This document shows positions 7,708-17,385 of a stretch of DNA of 64,000 nucleotides, piece after piece. The first letter of the stretch is position 1. Every line of letters starts with the position of its first letter. Under the pieces are notes generated by a model, which searched no databases, was not told the origin of the DNA, and saw only the letters and a list, made by a program, of their open reading frames with translations. The translations under genes were made by a program, and so were the position numbers. Origin of the DNA: Phycisphaera sp. (GTDB lineage Bacteria; Planctomycetota; Phycisphaerae; Phycisphaerales; UBA1924); NCBI GenBank assembly GCA_025916675.1, contig CP098402.1, positions 55,205-119,204 of the forward strand, given 5' to 3'.

Positions 7708-9063
7708 TTACCCTACATCCCGGCGTTGGAACAGCGCGATCGCGAGCGACAGGAACGCGCCGATCTGCAAGACGGCGTAACCGGCGATCTTGAGTAGGTG
7801 CGAGGTTGGCACGTCCCTGTTCTGCGTGACGGCGTCGAGCAGCCAGTAGTAATGCATGTTTGGCACCACGGCCCACAGGGTGGCCGCGAGCGGTTCGACG
7901 TGGGTCGGTGTCGTAAAGACGTAGTCTTCGCGTTCTGGAGCACGAAAGAGGCCGAGGGGGTTACGTCCGATATTTTGCACCGTGAGCCGTTTACCGTCGG
8001 CGTCCAGAATCACGAGGCCGGTGGGCGTGCCGGCCTCGAACAGGGTGGGTGTGTCGGTATGGTCGCCCTCGAAGGGCTCGAAATTGCCGGTGACCAGGGC
8101 CATGCCGTTGGGGTTGGGGCCGTAATAGAAGGGGTCGCCCGGATCGACTTCGATGCGGGGCGGCTCCTTGAGCGTGACCTCCATGATGGCCCCCCTGCTC
8201 GAGGGGTCGTCGCTGCCGGTTTCGGCGGGCTGGGCCTGCGCGACCACGCCGACGATGTCATTGCTGAAGGCCTGGCGGCCCAGGAAGTAGTTCGAGAGCA
8301 GGCCGCCCAGGAATACGCCGGCGCAGACCACGATGGTCATGACCTGGCCCAACCGTGTGGAGGCCGCCGTCGCTACCGAGGCCAGCACGAGGATGGCCAG
8401 CACCATGGCCGAGCACGCCGTGATGATCTTGAAGGGGAGGTCGGTGGTGATGGGCTGGATCTCCCACTTCTTGGAGACCAACAGCACGCCGAGATAGGCC
8501 AGCAGCACCAAGGGCAGCATGGCGGTGACGGCGGTCTGGTTGAACGACCAGCCGTACATGAAGTTGCCCGCTGCGGCCAGCAGCAGCGACCCGATGACCG
8601 CCCCGAACCCGAAGAGGATGACCGGCATGTCGAGGTGGTCGCCGGCGGTCGAGAGCACGCCGTGGCGGATGGCCAGCAGCAGGAAGGCCAGCATGATGAT
8701 GACAGCGCCGGTGATGGCACCGGCGACGCCCAGGTACTTGCCCAGGACGACCCACCCGCGGGCGATGGGCTTGCTGACCACGGTGAGCATGGTCTTGCGG
8801 TCGATCTCGCTCGAGATGACGGCGGTGGCAAGGAACGCCGCCATGAGGACGCCGGCCCCGAAGATGGTCGCTAAGCCCACGTCCAGCAAGAGTTTATTGT
8901 CGCCGTAGACCTCGGCCGAACTGCTTCGACCCATGCTGAAGGCGGCCGTCCAGGTGTTGAAGATCTGGAGGAGCCCGCTGATGAGCACCAGCAGCAGGAG
9001 GATGGGCTGACGCACGCTCTCGACGAAGGTGTTGCGGGCGATGGTGAAGAGCTGGCTGAGCAT
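7708..9063 (-). CDS. ABC-2-type permease-like membrane protein with large extracytoplasmic insert
   Basis: 451 aa. N-terminus MLSQLFTIARNTFVESVRQPILLLLVLISG is typical of ABC-2/NosY-like permeases. Multiple TM helices, and a roughly 150-aa soluble insert before the last helices. No ATPase gene adjacent on this strand. Confidence 0.6.
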   Translation of the reverse strand: MLSQLFTIARNTFVESVRQPILLLLVLISGLLQIFNTWTAAFSMGRSSSAEVYGDNKLLLDVGLATIFGAGVLMAAFLATAVISSEIDRKTMLTVVSKPIARGWVVLGKYLGVAGAITGAVIIMLAFLLLAIRHGVLSTAGDHLDMPVILFGFGAVIGSLLLAAAGNFMYGWSFNQTAVTAMLPLVLLAYLGVLLVSKKWEIQPITTDLPFKIITACSAMVLAILVLASVATAASTRLGQVMTIVVCAGVFLGGLLSNYFLGRQAFSNDIVGVVAQAQPAETGSDDPSSRGAIMEVTLKEPPRIEVDPGDPFYYGPNPNGMALVTGNFEPFEGDHTDTPTLFEAGTPTGLVILDADGKRLTVQNIGRNPLGLFRAPEREDYVFTTPTHVEPLAATLWAVVPNMHYYWLLDAVTQNRDVPTSHLLKIAGYAVLQIGAFLSLAIALFQRRDVG

Positions 9064-9388
9064 GGGCCTCCCCGTCGTGGTCGATCGGTTGCCGATTCGG
9101 GCTTGCGGCGGACGAGCGTGGCAATGATTCGCCCCGGATGGCCCTCGGGGTCGGTCCGGGCTGCTATTTTATTGCCCCCCGGGTGCGAACCCCGGGCGTG
9201 GCGGTTCGTAGCTGCCTGGTGCGCCTATCGGGTTCTGGCCTATCGGCGTGGCTTGGGGAGGGCGGCGAGAGAGCGAGTTGCGGATCGACCCACGCGCGTG
9301 TGGAAAGCACGGGCTCTGGGCGTGAGAATGGGCAGGTTCTTGTCTGGGGCCGCACTGGCTGGAGCGTCATTGTCTGGAGCACCATTGG

Positions 9389-11506
9389 ATGTCGGGTGAT
9401 TTCAATACCTACAAGCGTGCGGCCAGCCACAGCATCCTGGGGCTGGTGTTCCAGGGCGTGTTCGGCGTGGGGCTGCTGGTGTACGGCATCGTGGGCCGCG
9501 AGCCCACGGCGATCACCGGGGCGATCTTCGCGCTGATCGGCCTCTTGCCCTGGATCGTGCTGCTGATCTTGTTCGACCAGCACCGCCGCGAACGCATCGA
9601 GGCGATGGAAGCCGAGGCGTTCGCCGCCACCGACGCGGCGACGTCGTCCGTGTTCGACGAGGCCGAGGGCGGGCTGCGCGTCGCCGGCCGGCGGCTGAAG
9701 CTGGTCCGGACGATCGCCATCCCCGCGATCGGGCTGGTGTTCGGCGCGGCGCTCATCCTGGCTGGTGCCCTGCGCGTCCTGCCGGGCAGGGAGCTGGCCG
9801 ATCCTGATAATTTTGTCGCCCCGCCGCATGAGCTGGTCGGCTTGACCATCGGCCTCGCGGTCGCGGTCATCGGCTTCATGTTCAGCCGGTACACGGCTGG
9901 CATGGCCAAACGCCCGGCGTGGCAGGCGCTGCAAGGCGGCGCGACAATCGCGGCGGGCACGGCCCTGTTCGGCTTGCTGATCGGCGTGGGCCACGTGGTC
10001 GACCAGCTCGGCACCAACGACGTGATCCGGGCGATGCTCTACGTCTCGCCCGTCCTGCTCGTGGTGTTCGGGGCCGAGGCGATCCTAAACTTCCTGCTCG
10101 AGCTGTATCGCCCGCGGAAGCCCGACGAGGGGTTCCGCCCGCCGTTTGCCTCTCGGCTGCTGGGCCCGGTTGCCGCGCCCGAGATGGTGGCCGAGTCGGT
10201 CAGCGGGGCGATCGATTACCAGTTTGGCTACGAGGTGTCTCGGAGTTGGATGTACCGGCTGCTCACGCGGCGCGCGTGGGTGCTGGTGCTGTTCGCGGGC
10301 CTGCTGGTCTGGTTTATGTCGGCGTTCGTGGTGGTGCGACCCGATCAGAAGGGCATCCACACGCGCTTCGGGCGTGTCGTCCAGGCCAATGTGCAACCCG
10401 GGCTTCGACCGAAGCTGCCCTGGCCGATCGATCGCATCGAGGTTCCCGGGTTCTACGAGCGCGACGATAATCGCCAGCCAAGGCTGACGGGGTACTCCAC
10501 GAGCACGGTGCGCGAGATCCTTGGTGCCAGCGCAAAGCGGGCGATCGACGTGAACGCGTACCTGTGGACCAACCTGCAGGCCGAGAACGAGTCGACGATG
10601 CTCGTGCAGCCCTCGCGCGGTGAGGTCGAGGCTGGTTCGGAGGTCGAGTTTGGCCGAGACTTGAGCATGCTGCGCGTCGAGGTTCCGGTGCGGTACACCA
10701 TCGACGACGTCGAGGCGTGGGACCTGTTTACTCAGGACGGCGCGCACCTGGACATGCTCGACCGCCTGACGCAGAAGGTCGTGATGCGATACCTCGTTCG
10801 CACACGCGTGGACGAGCTGCTGGGGGCCAAGCGTGCGGAGATGGCCGGCGAGATCCGCGAGCGGCTCGAGCGCGAGTTCATCGCGGCCAACCCCAAGCAG
10901 AACGGCGAGCCGGTGGTTCGTATCCTGTCGGTGGGCGTGGCGGGCGTATCGCCGCCGGCGGCGGTGGCGTTGCAGTTCGGCCAGGTGGTCGAGCAGGAGC
11001 AGAAGTACCAGGCGCAGCTCAACGCGGCCCAGGCCGAGGCGATCCGCTCGCTGACCGAGGTCGTGGGTTCGGTCGAGCTGGCCGACGAGATCGTCGCCGA
11101 GATCGACGCCCTGGGTCGGTTGCAGGCCCAGCGCGACGCCGAACTCGACGAGCAGCTCGAAGACAGCATCATCGAGCAGGAACTGAAGATCGACGGCTTG
11201 CTGGCCGACGCGGGCGGGCAGGCGGCCTCGCTGATCGCCGATGCCCAGGCGCAGCGTTGGGAGCGGCACATGGGCCAGTGGGGCGAGGCACAGCTGGCCA
11301 TGGGCCAGGCCACGGCCGACCGGGCCAACCGCCCCTACTTCCGGGCGCAGCTCTATCTCGAACGCTTCTTCAGCGCGCTCGATGGGAAGCGCGTGATGAT
11401 CGTGCCAGGCGGCGGCATCGTGTCCATTGAATTCGACGGCACGCACGACCGGCAGTCGGGCGCTGTCTTGCAGGACGATTTCTCTCCGTCTTCGGGCGAC
11501 AACTGA
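9389..11506 (+). CDS. Polytopic membrane protein with SPFH/band-7 domain
   Basis: 705 aa. About 300-aa multi-TM N-terminus, then an SPFH start (VVVRPDQKGIHTRFGRVVQANVQPGLRPKLPWPIDRIEVP). Long coiled-coil tail (QEQKYQAQLNAAQAEAIRSL…), as in HflK/C-type proteins. Confidence 0.7.
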   Translation: MSGDFNTYKRAASHSILGLVFQGVFGVGLLVYGIVGREPTAITGAIFALIGLLPWIVLLILFDQHRRERIEAMEAEAFAATDAATSSVFDEAEGGLRVAGRRLKLVRTIAIPAIGLVFGAALILAGALRVLPGRELADPDNFVAPPHELVGLTIGLAVAVIGFMFSRYTAGMAKRPAWQALQGGATIAAGTALFGLLIGVGHVVDQLGTNDVIRAMLYVSPVLLVVFGAEAILNFLLELYRPRKPDEGFRPPFASRLLGPVAAPEMVAESVSGAIDYQFGYEVSRSWMYRLLTRRAWVLVLFAGLLVWFMSAFVVVRPDQKGIHTRFGRVVQANVQPGLRPKLPWPIDRIEVPGFYERDDNRQPRLTGYSTSTVREILGASAKRAIDVNAYLWTNLQAENESTMLVQPSRGEVEAGSEVEFGRDLSMLRVEVPVRYTIDDVEAWDLFTQDGAHLDMLDRLTQKVVMRYLVRTRVDELLGAKRAEMAGEIRERLEREFIAANPKQNGEPVVRILSVGVAGVSPPAAVALQFGQVVEQEQKYQAQLNAAQAEAIRSLTEVVGSVELADEIVAEIDALGRLQAQRDAELDEQLEDSIIEQELKIDGLLADAGGQAASLIADAQAQRWERHMGQWGEAQLAMGQATADRANRPYFRAQLYLERFFSALDGKRVMIVPGGGIVSIEFDGTHDRQSGAVLQDDFSPSSGDN

Positions 11507-11569
11507 CCTTTCGCGACGGTGATTCCGCGGGCCTGTAGCGGGTCCGACGCAGCAGGAGTGTTTTCTGGC

Positions 11570-12589
11570 ATGGCCAAGACCAAGCTCTTCATAACGTTCG
11601 GCGTGGCGATCCTCTTCGTGGGCGTCCTGGTGGTGTACGCGATGACGTTCACCGTTCGATTCACCGAGGCGGCGGTCGTGACACGCTTTGGCGAGGTCAA
11701 GCAGGAGATCGTCGAGCCGGGCTTGCGAGGCAAGCTGTTCTATCCCATCGAGAGCGTGACCAAGTACGAAACGACGAACCGTTTGTCTCAGGCGCGCATC
11801 GAGACCTACCAGACCCGCGACGATCGGCAGCTGATCGTCGGCGCGTTCGCCATCTGGCGTGTGAAGCCCGAAGAGGTCGGGACGTTCTACCGCAGGTTCA
11901 GCAATTCTGGTCCGCGGGCGGCCGACCATTACAAATCCGCCGCCACGCTTGTCGAGGACTCGCTCCGAAGCGCCATGTCCGAACTCAGCGCGTACTCCAT
12001 GAGCGACCTGTTCACGCCCGACGAGGGGGCCTCGAAGCTCGAAGAGCTCGAAGGACGCGTGCTGGCGCAGATGAAGGACACCCTGGAGGGACAGGGCGAG
12101 CGGGCGTTCGGCATCGAGGTCGTGCAGGCGGGCATCGCTCGCACGAGCCTGCCCCAGACCACGACCGAGGCCGCGCTGGAACGCATGCGTCAGGACCGCG
12201 CCCGGATCGTGACGGGCCTGCAGCAGAGCGGCCAGAGCGAGGCGGGCGCGATCCGCTCGAAGGCCCGGAGCGATGCGAGCAAGATCCTGGAGTTTGCCGA
12301 AGCTCGGGCCCAGCAGATCCGTGCTCGTGGCGACGTGGAGGCGGCGCGCTACCTCAAGCAGATGACCGAGGTGCCCGGGCTGGCCATCTACCTGAAGAAT
12401 CTCGAGTTGCTCGAAGAAGCGATGTTCAGCCGTGCGACGCTGCTGTTCTCGACCGACACGCCCGGCCTGAGCCTGCTGGACCCCTCGCTCTTCCAGACGT
12501 ACGAGCCCGGCGACATCCCCGGCACGGACGTGTTTCTTGGCGAGGACGCGGACGGCGACGCAGCGCGGGAGGGTCGAGGCGATGAGTGA
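11570..12589 (+). CDS. SPFH/band-7 protein (HflC-like)
   Basis: Start ATG 11570 (MAKTKLFITFGVAILFVGVLVVYAM), single N-terminal TM. SPFH core FTVRFTEAAVVTRFGEVKQEIVEPGLRGKLFYPIESV. Coiled-coil EAGAIRSKARSDASKILEFAEARAQQIRARGDVEAARY. Confidence 0.7.
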   Translation: MAKTKLFITFGVAILFVGVLVVYAMTFTVRFTEAAVVTRFGEVKQEIVEPGLRGKLFYPIESVTKYETTNRLSQARIETYQTRDDRQLIVGAFAIWRVKPEEVGTFYRRFSNSGPRAADHYKSAATLVEDSLRSAMSELSAYSMSDLFTPDEGASKLEELEGRVLAQMKDTLEGQGERAFGIEVVQAGIARTSLPQTTTEAALERMRQDRARIVTGLQQSGQSEAGAIRSKARSDASKILEFAEARAQQIRARGDVEAARYLKQMTEVPGLAIYLKNLELLEEAMFSRATLLFSTDTPGLSLLDPSLFQTYEPGDIPGTDVFLGEDADGDAAREGRGDE

Positions 12590-14057
12590 TCCGACCGACA
12601 AGGGGCCGGGCAACCCAACGCCCGAGGGTGGCAAGCCGGGCGATGGCGACTCGCTCGAAGCGATGCTGCCCGCGCTGGGTGAGGACCGATCGAGCGCCGC
12701 ACCGACGCGAGAGGCCTCGGTGCGTCTGCGCACCGATTCCGATACCGGTGAGCAGGCCATCAACGACATGCACGCGGCCAACGAGTCGCTGGCGGCCGCG
12801 TTCCGCACGATGTACCGCATCTTGCAGGTCGCCATCGTGGGGCTCGTGGTCATCTATTTCGCCAGCGGCTTCCGCACCGTGGACGCGGGCGAGGCCGGCA
12901 TCCAGGTGCTGTTCGGGCGCCCCTCGGCCGAGATCTCCCAGTCGGGCATCACGTGGGGGCCGCCCTATCCGCTGAGCCAGCTCGTGCGGGTGCAGACCGG
13001 CCAGCAGACGGTGCAGCTCGAGGCCGAGTTCTGGTTCCGTATAAGCGATCGTGACCGCGGCCGCTCGCTGGAAGAGCTGGCACGTTCGCCGCAGCGATCG
13101 CTCGACCCGCAGCGTGACGGCGCGCTGATCACGAGCGACCAGAACCTCGTCCACACGCAGTGGACGGTGGTTTACCGGCGTGCCGACCCGCGGGAGTTTG
13201 CCAGCAACATCACCCCGGCGGACGAGGAGCAGATCGTGCGGACCGCGGTCGCGCGGGGCGTGATTCGTGCGGTGTCGACGACGGCGATCGATGACTTGCT
13301 GCGGGAGACCGGTGGTGCGGGCGGCGTGGCCGGCCGGGCCCAGAGCATCGCCCAAGAGACCCTTGAGGCCATCGACGCGGGCATCGTGGTCCAGCAGATG
13401 TCGATGCGGGCACGCACGCCGCCGCTGAGCGTGTGGAGCGCGTTCACCGAGGTGCAGACCGCCGAGAGCCAGTCGCAGACGCGGCGCGTCCAGGCCGAGA
13501 GCTTCGCGTCCAACGAGCTCAACCGCGTGGCGGGTGCGGCGGCCCCGGCCATCCTTGAGCAGATCAACCTGTACGAAGCTGCCGTGGAACTCGGTGAGCC
13601 CGAAGAGCAGCAGGTGATCCTGGATCGGATCCACAAGCTCATGGCCGGCGAGCCGGTCGAGATTGACGGCGAGGTGCGTTCGTTCGCGGTCTCGGGAGAG
13701 GTCTCGCAGATCCTCAACAACGCCGAGCAGTTGAGGGTGAAGTCGGCCCTGTCGGCCCAGCTGATCCTCGCGTCGTATCAGGCGAAGCTGCCGTTGTTCC
13801 GCGAGAATCCCGAACTGGTGCTGCAGAGCGACTGGTCGCGGATGATGACGGGGTTCCTGTCGCGGGACATCGTGGAAGTGATCATGCTGCCGCGCGGCCC
13901 GATCAACCTGCTGGTGAACCCCGACCCCGACGTCCGTCGGCTGATCGACGAGATCGCGCAGGAGCGGCTGAACGTGGACGCGGTCGAGCGCCGCCGCCGC
14001 CGCCAGCAAGAGGCACAGTTCCAGACCGATACCGACCTGCGTGAGTTCGGCGGCTGA
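12582..14057 (+). CDS. SPFH/band-7 protein (HflK-like)
   Basis: ATG 12582 overlaps the upstream stop (ATGAGTGA). TM (ILQVAIVGLVVIYFASGF) followed by RTVDAGEAGIQVLFGRPSAEISQSGITWGPPYPLSQLVRV. Long helical C-terminus. Confidence 0.65.
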   Translation: MSDPTDKGPGNPTPEGGKPGDGDSLEAMLPALGEDRSSAAPTREASVRLRTDSDTGEQAINDMHAANESLAAAFRTMYRILQVAIVGLVVIYFASGFRTVDAGEAGIQVLFGRPSAEISQSGITWGPPYPLSQLVRVQTGQQTVQLEAEFWFRISDRDRGRSLEELARSPQRSLDPQRDGALITSDQNLVHTQWTVVYRRADPREFASNITPADEEQIVRTAVARGVIRAVSTTAIDDLLRETGGAGGVAGRAQSIAQETLEAIDAGIVVQQMSMRARTPPLSVWSAFTEVQTAESQSQTRRVQAESFASNELNRVAGAAAPAILEQINLYEAAVELGEPEEQQVILDRIHKLMAGEPVEIDGEVRSFAVSGEVSQILNNAEQLRVKSALSAQLILASYQAKLPLFRENPELVLQSDWSRMMTGFLSRDIVEVIMLPRGPINLLVNPDPDVRRLIDEIAQERLNVDAVERRRRRQQEAQFQTDTDLREFGG

Positions 14058-14081
14058 TTCGACGAAGGAACGGGTATTGGC

Positions 14082-15335
14082 ATGACGCAAACGGCAACCA
14101 AGACGGAGAGCGGGATGACGACTGGCGGGAGCGAGTCGGCCCGCCCGGTCGTCGCCGTTCAGGGTCTGACCAAGAACTTCCGAGACTTCTGGATGCGTTC
14201 GCGCGCCCGAGCGGTCACCGACGTGACCTTCGAGATCAGGCCGCACGAGATTTTCGGATTGCTCGGGCCCAACGGCTCGGGCAAGAGCACAACTATCAAG
14301 GTGCTGCTCGGTTTGCTCAAGCCGACCAAGGGCCGCGTGGCGGTATTCGGCAAGTCTCCCAGCGATGTGCGGATCAAGAAACGCATCGGGTACCTGCCCG
14401 AAGAGAGCTACTTGTACCCGTTCTTGAACGCGCGTGAGACGCTGGACTATTACGGGCGGCTCTTCGGGCTCGACCACAGCACCCGCCAGAAGCGCATCGA
14501 CGAGTTGCTCGACATGGTGGGGCTCAAGGCGGCACAGTTCCGGCAGGTGCGCGAGTATTCCAAGGGCATGCAACGCCGAATCGGGTTGGCGCAGGCGCTC
14601 ATCAACGATCCCGATTTGCTCATCCTCGACGAGCCGACGACCGGGCTCGATCCCATCGGCACGCGGCAGGTGAAGGACCTGATCGTCGAGATGGGCCGCC
14701 GCGGCAAGACCGTGCTGCTCTCGAGCCACCTGCTTGCCGATGTTGAAGACGTAGTCGACCGCATGGTCGTGCTCTACGGCGGACGCATCCGCCAGGAGGG
14801 CACACGCGACGAGTTGCTCCAGGCCACCGACCGGACCACGATCGAAACCGACACGCTCGACGAGCAGACCTTGGCCGAGATCGATGAGGTCATCCGGCGT
14901 CGCAGCGGTGGAGCGAAGGCCGTCCAGCGGGTGTCCCATCCGCGTCAGAAGCTGGAAGAACTGTTCCTCAAGATCGTTGAGGATGCCCAGGCCGAGCGTC
15001 TGGAGACAGCCGGGGCTACGCACGGTGGCATGACGGCGGACTTCCTGCGGTCGCAGACGGAAGCCGAGAAGCCAGCCGAGGGCGAAGCGCTCATCAGCGA
15101 CCTTGTTCGCGAGGAGCCCGAGCCGCAAGCGGAAACTGCGCCCGAAGCCGCGGCCGAGCCCGAGGCCGTCGACGATGCCGTGGTCGAGGACCTGCTCGAA
15201 GACGAGCCCAAGCCCAAGGCGGCCGAGGTTGACCCGGCCGTTGACCTTGGCATGATCGGCTCGCTCATGGACGACCCCGATGGTGACGATCCCGATGCGG
15301 ACGATTCGCCCGAGAAGCGGGGCGGCGCGCGATGA
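14082..15335 (+). CDS. ABC transporter ATP-binding protein with acidic C-terminal tail
   Basis: Walker A GPNGSGKST, signature YSKGMQRRIGLAQA, Walker B LLILDEPTTGLD, H-loop SSHLL. About 130-aa Glu/Asp/Ala/Pro-rich tail. Confidence 0.9.
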   Translation: MTQTATKTESGMTTGGSESARPVVAVQGLTKNFRDFWMRSRARAVTDVTFEIRPHEIFGLLGPNGSGKSTTIKVLLGLLKPTKGRVAVFGKSPSDVRIKKRIGYLPEESYLYPFLNARETLDYYGRLFGLDHSTRQKRIDELLDMVGLKAAQFRQVREYSKGMQRRIGLAQALINDPDLLILDEPTTGLDPIGTRQVKDLIVEMGRRGKTVLLSSHLLADVEDVVDRMVVLYGGRIRQEGTRDELLQATDRTTIETDTLDEQTLAEIDEVIRRRSGGAKAVQRVSHPRQKLEELFLKIVEDAQAERLETAGATHGGMTADFLRSQTEAEKPAEGEALISDLVREEPEPQAETAPEAAAEPEAVDDAVVEDLLEDEPKPKAAEVDPAVDLGMIGSLMDDPDGDDPDADDSPEKRGGAR

Positions 15336-17302
15336 GCCGGCTGTGGGCTCGCATCGACCGGTTGCAGAAGTCTCGCGGGTTCAAGATCGTCGCGTCGGTG
15401 CTGATGCTGGCTCTCGCGATCGCCGGGGGCATCACGTACCTCGCGATCTCGAATTCGGACGCGCGGGCCAGTGACAACATCGAGTTTTTTGACACGTCGG
15501 CCATCGAAGATGCCGAGATGCGGGCCCAGATCGAGCGGCAGCAAAGAATCATCCAGAACGTGCTGGCCCAGGACCGGAGCCCGGTCGCCGTCACGCTGGG
15601 GCTCGTGCTGGCCCTGGGCTTGAGTCTGGTCATCATCTGGCTTGGCCTTTACCTGACGTACCTGTTGCTGTTTGCCGGGGTGGCGCTCATCGCGGGCCCG
15701 ATGCTCTTGATGGTCCAGTACGAGCGCGCCGGTCCGAACGTTGAAGCGCTCGCGCACATCATCATTGGCGCAACGCTGCTGACGTTTGCCTTCACCGCCG
15801 TCTTGGAGATTCTCCGGCTGCTGCTGTCGGTCGCTTCCGGCCCGGTCTTCGCCGTGGCGCGGAACGTGCTGGCCGAGGCGGTGCGCATGAAGATCTCGCT
15901 GGTCTTCATCGTGCTGCTCATCCTGGGGCTGGCGGCCGTGCCGATGCTGCTGAACGAGGGCACGCCCCTGCGGTATCGGATGCAGTCGTTCCTGCAATAT
16001 GGCACGGCCGGCGCGTTCTGGATGATCGCGATCCTGACGCTGCTGCTCTCGGTGGCGACGCTCAGCTTCGAGCAGCGGGATCGGATCATCTGGCAGACCA
16101 TGACCAAGCCCGTGTCGGTGTGGAAGTACCTGCTGGGCAAGTGGCTGGGCGTGGTCACGCTCAACGCGGCGCTGCTGCTGGTGTGCGGGGCGGGCATCTT
16201 CATGTTCGCCGAGTATCTCCGCCAGCAGCCGGCCGACGGCGAACGCGAGGCGTACGTCGCGCGTGGGGTCGAGCTGGGGTCCGGGGCCATCAGCGAGGAC
16301 CGGCGCATCCTGCACAACCAGGTGCTGCAAGCCCGTGTGGCCCGTGGCATCGACATGCCGATCACCAAGAATGGCGAGGAATTCGACGCGATCGTCGACC
16401 AGTTCATCACGCAGCGCGAGGCGCTCGACTCGTTCAACGAGATGGTCCAGGAGGACCAGACCCGCACGCAGGTGCGCGATGATTTGTACAAGGACTTTAC
16501 GATCCGGCTGCGATCGATCGATCCCGGCCAGCCCAAGACGTACACCTTCAGCGGGCTCGAGAAGGCCGCCCAGCAGGACGCGCCGCTGCTGCTGCGGTAC
16601 CGGGTGGAGTCGGGTGCCAACCTGCCCGACGAGTTCTACCGCATCTTTTTCGACGCGGGCGGGTTCCAATACGAACGCGAGGTGGGCCTCGCCCAGACGC
16701 TCATCATCGACGACATCCCGCCGTCGGCTATCAACGAGGACGGCACGCTCGAGCTGACGATCATCAACGGGACGCTCGTTGAGGGTCGAAACGGCGAGAT
16801 CGGCGTCATGGGCAACCCCAAGACCATCACCTTCCCGCCCGGTGGGCTCGAGCTGAGCTACAGCGTGGGCAGCTATCGCATGAACTTCGTGCGCGTGGTG
16901 GTGGTGCTCTGGATCAAGCTGGCGTTCCTGTCGCTGCTGGCCATCGCCGCCTCGACGGCGCTGAGCTTCCCGGTGGCCTGCCTGGTGGCGTTCGGGGCGT
17001 TCTTTGCGGCCGAGAGCGCGATGTTTCTGGAAGACTCGCTCGAGGTGTACAACCCTTTCTTCGGCGAGGGCATCGGGCCGGCCATCCTGGCGGTGGTCGA
17101 GACAATCTCGGCCGCGGTGATCTGGATCTTCCGCGTGTACGCCGAATTGAACCCAACCGATAAGCTGGTGCAGGGCGAGTATGTATCTTGGGGCAGCGTG
17201 GCTCAGGGCATGGTCGTCCTGGGCTTCTGGTGTGTGGTGCTGTTCGGGGCCGGCTGGTTCGTGTTCCGCTCGCGTGAGTTGGCGATGTATTCCGGGCAGT
17301 AA
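15332..17302 (+). CDS. Large ABC-2-type permease-like membrane protein with about 250-aa extracytoplasmic insert
   Basis: ATG overlaps the ATPase stop (ATGA). ARNVLAEAVRMKISLVFIVLLILGL parallels the N-terminal motif of the 7708..9063 protein. Multiple TM helices flank a soluble insert (…DRRILHNQVLQARVARGIDMPITKNGEEFD…TLELTIINGTLVEG…). Confidence 0.6.
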   Translation: MSRLWARIDRLQKSRGFKIVASVLMLALAIAGGITYLAISNSDARASDNIEFFDTSAIEDAEMRAQIERQQRIIQNVLAQDRSPVAVTLGLVLALGLSLVIIWLGLYLTYLLLFAGVALIAGPMLLMVQYERAGPNVEALAHIIIGATLLTFAFTAVLEILRLLLSVASGPVFAVARNVLAEAVRMKISLVFIVLLILGLAAVPMLLNEGTPLRYRMQSFLQYGTAGAFWMIAILTLLLSVATLSFEQRDRIIWQTMTKPVSVWKYLLGKWLGVVTLNAALLLVCGAGIFMFAEYLRQQPADGEREAYVARGVELGSGAISEDRRILHNQVLQARVARGIDMPITKNGEEFDAIVDQFITQREALDSFNEMVQEDQTRTQVRDDLYKDFTIRLRSIDPGQPKTYTFSGLEKAAQQDAPLLLRYRVESGANLPDEFYRIFFDAGGFQYEREVGLAQTLIIDDIPPSAINEDGTLELTIINGTLVEGRNGEIGVMGNPKTITFPPGGLELSYSVGSYRMNFVRVVVVLWIKLAFLSLLAIAASTALSFPVACLVAFGAFFAAESAMFLEDSLEVYNPFFGEGIGPAILAVVETISAAVIWIFRVYAELNPTDKLVQGEYVSWGSVAQGMVVLGFWCVVLFGAGWFVFRSRELAMYSGQ

Positions 17303-17385
17303 CCCGGCGCGATCCGGTAGCTAATGGCCGGCGTAGCAGTGGTGGGCGCGTTGCGAGGCCCGAAGAACTTTGGAGGCGCTGAGCC

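Noticed and set aside
10085-16669. Very long minus-strand ORFs (10085..12853, 922 aa; 12426..15128, 900 aa; 14945..16669, 574 aa) antisense to the SPFH/ABC genes.
   Set aside because: Their translations are Arg/Ala/Gly/Pro/His-rich with no motifs or hydrophobic structure. They mirror the + strand genes, which have clear Walker/SPFH motifs and strong G/C third-position bias. Stop-free antisense frames are expected at this GC content.
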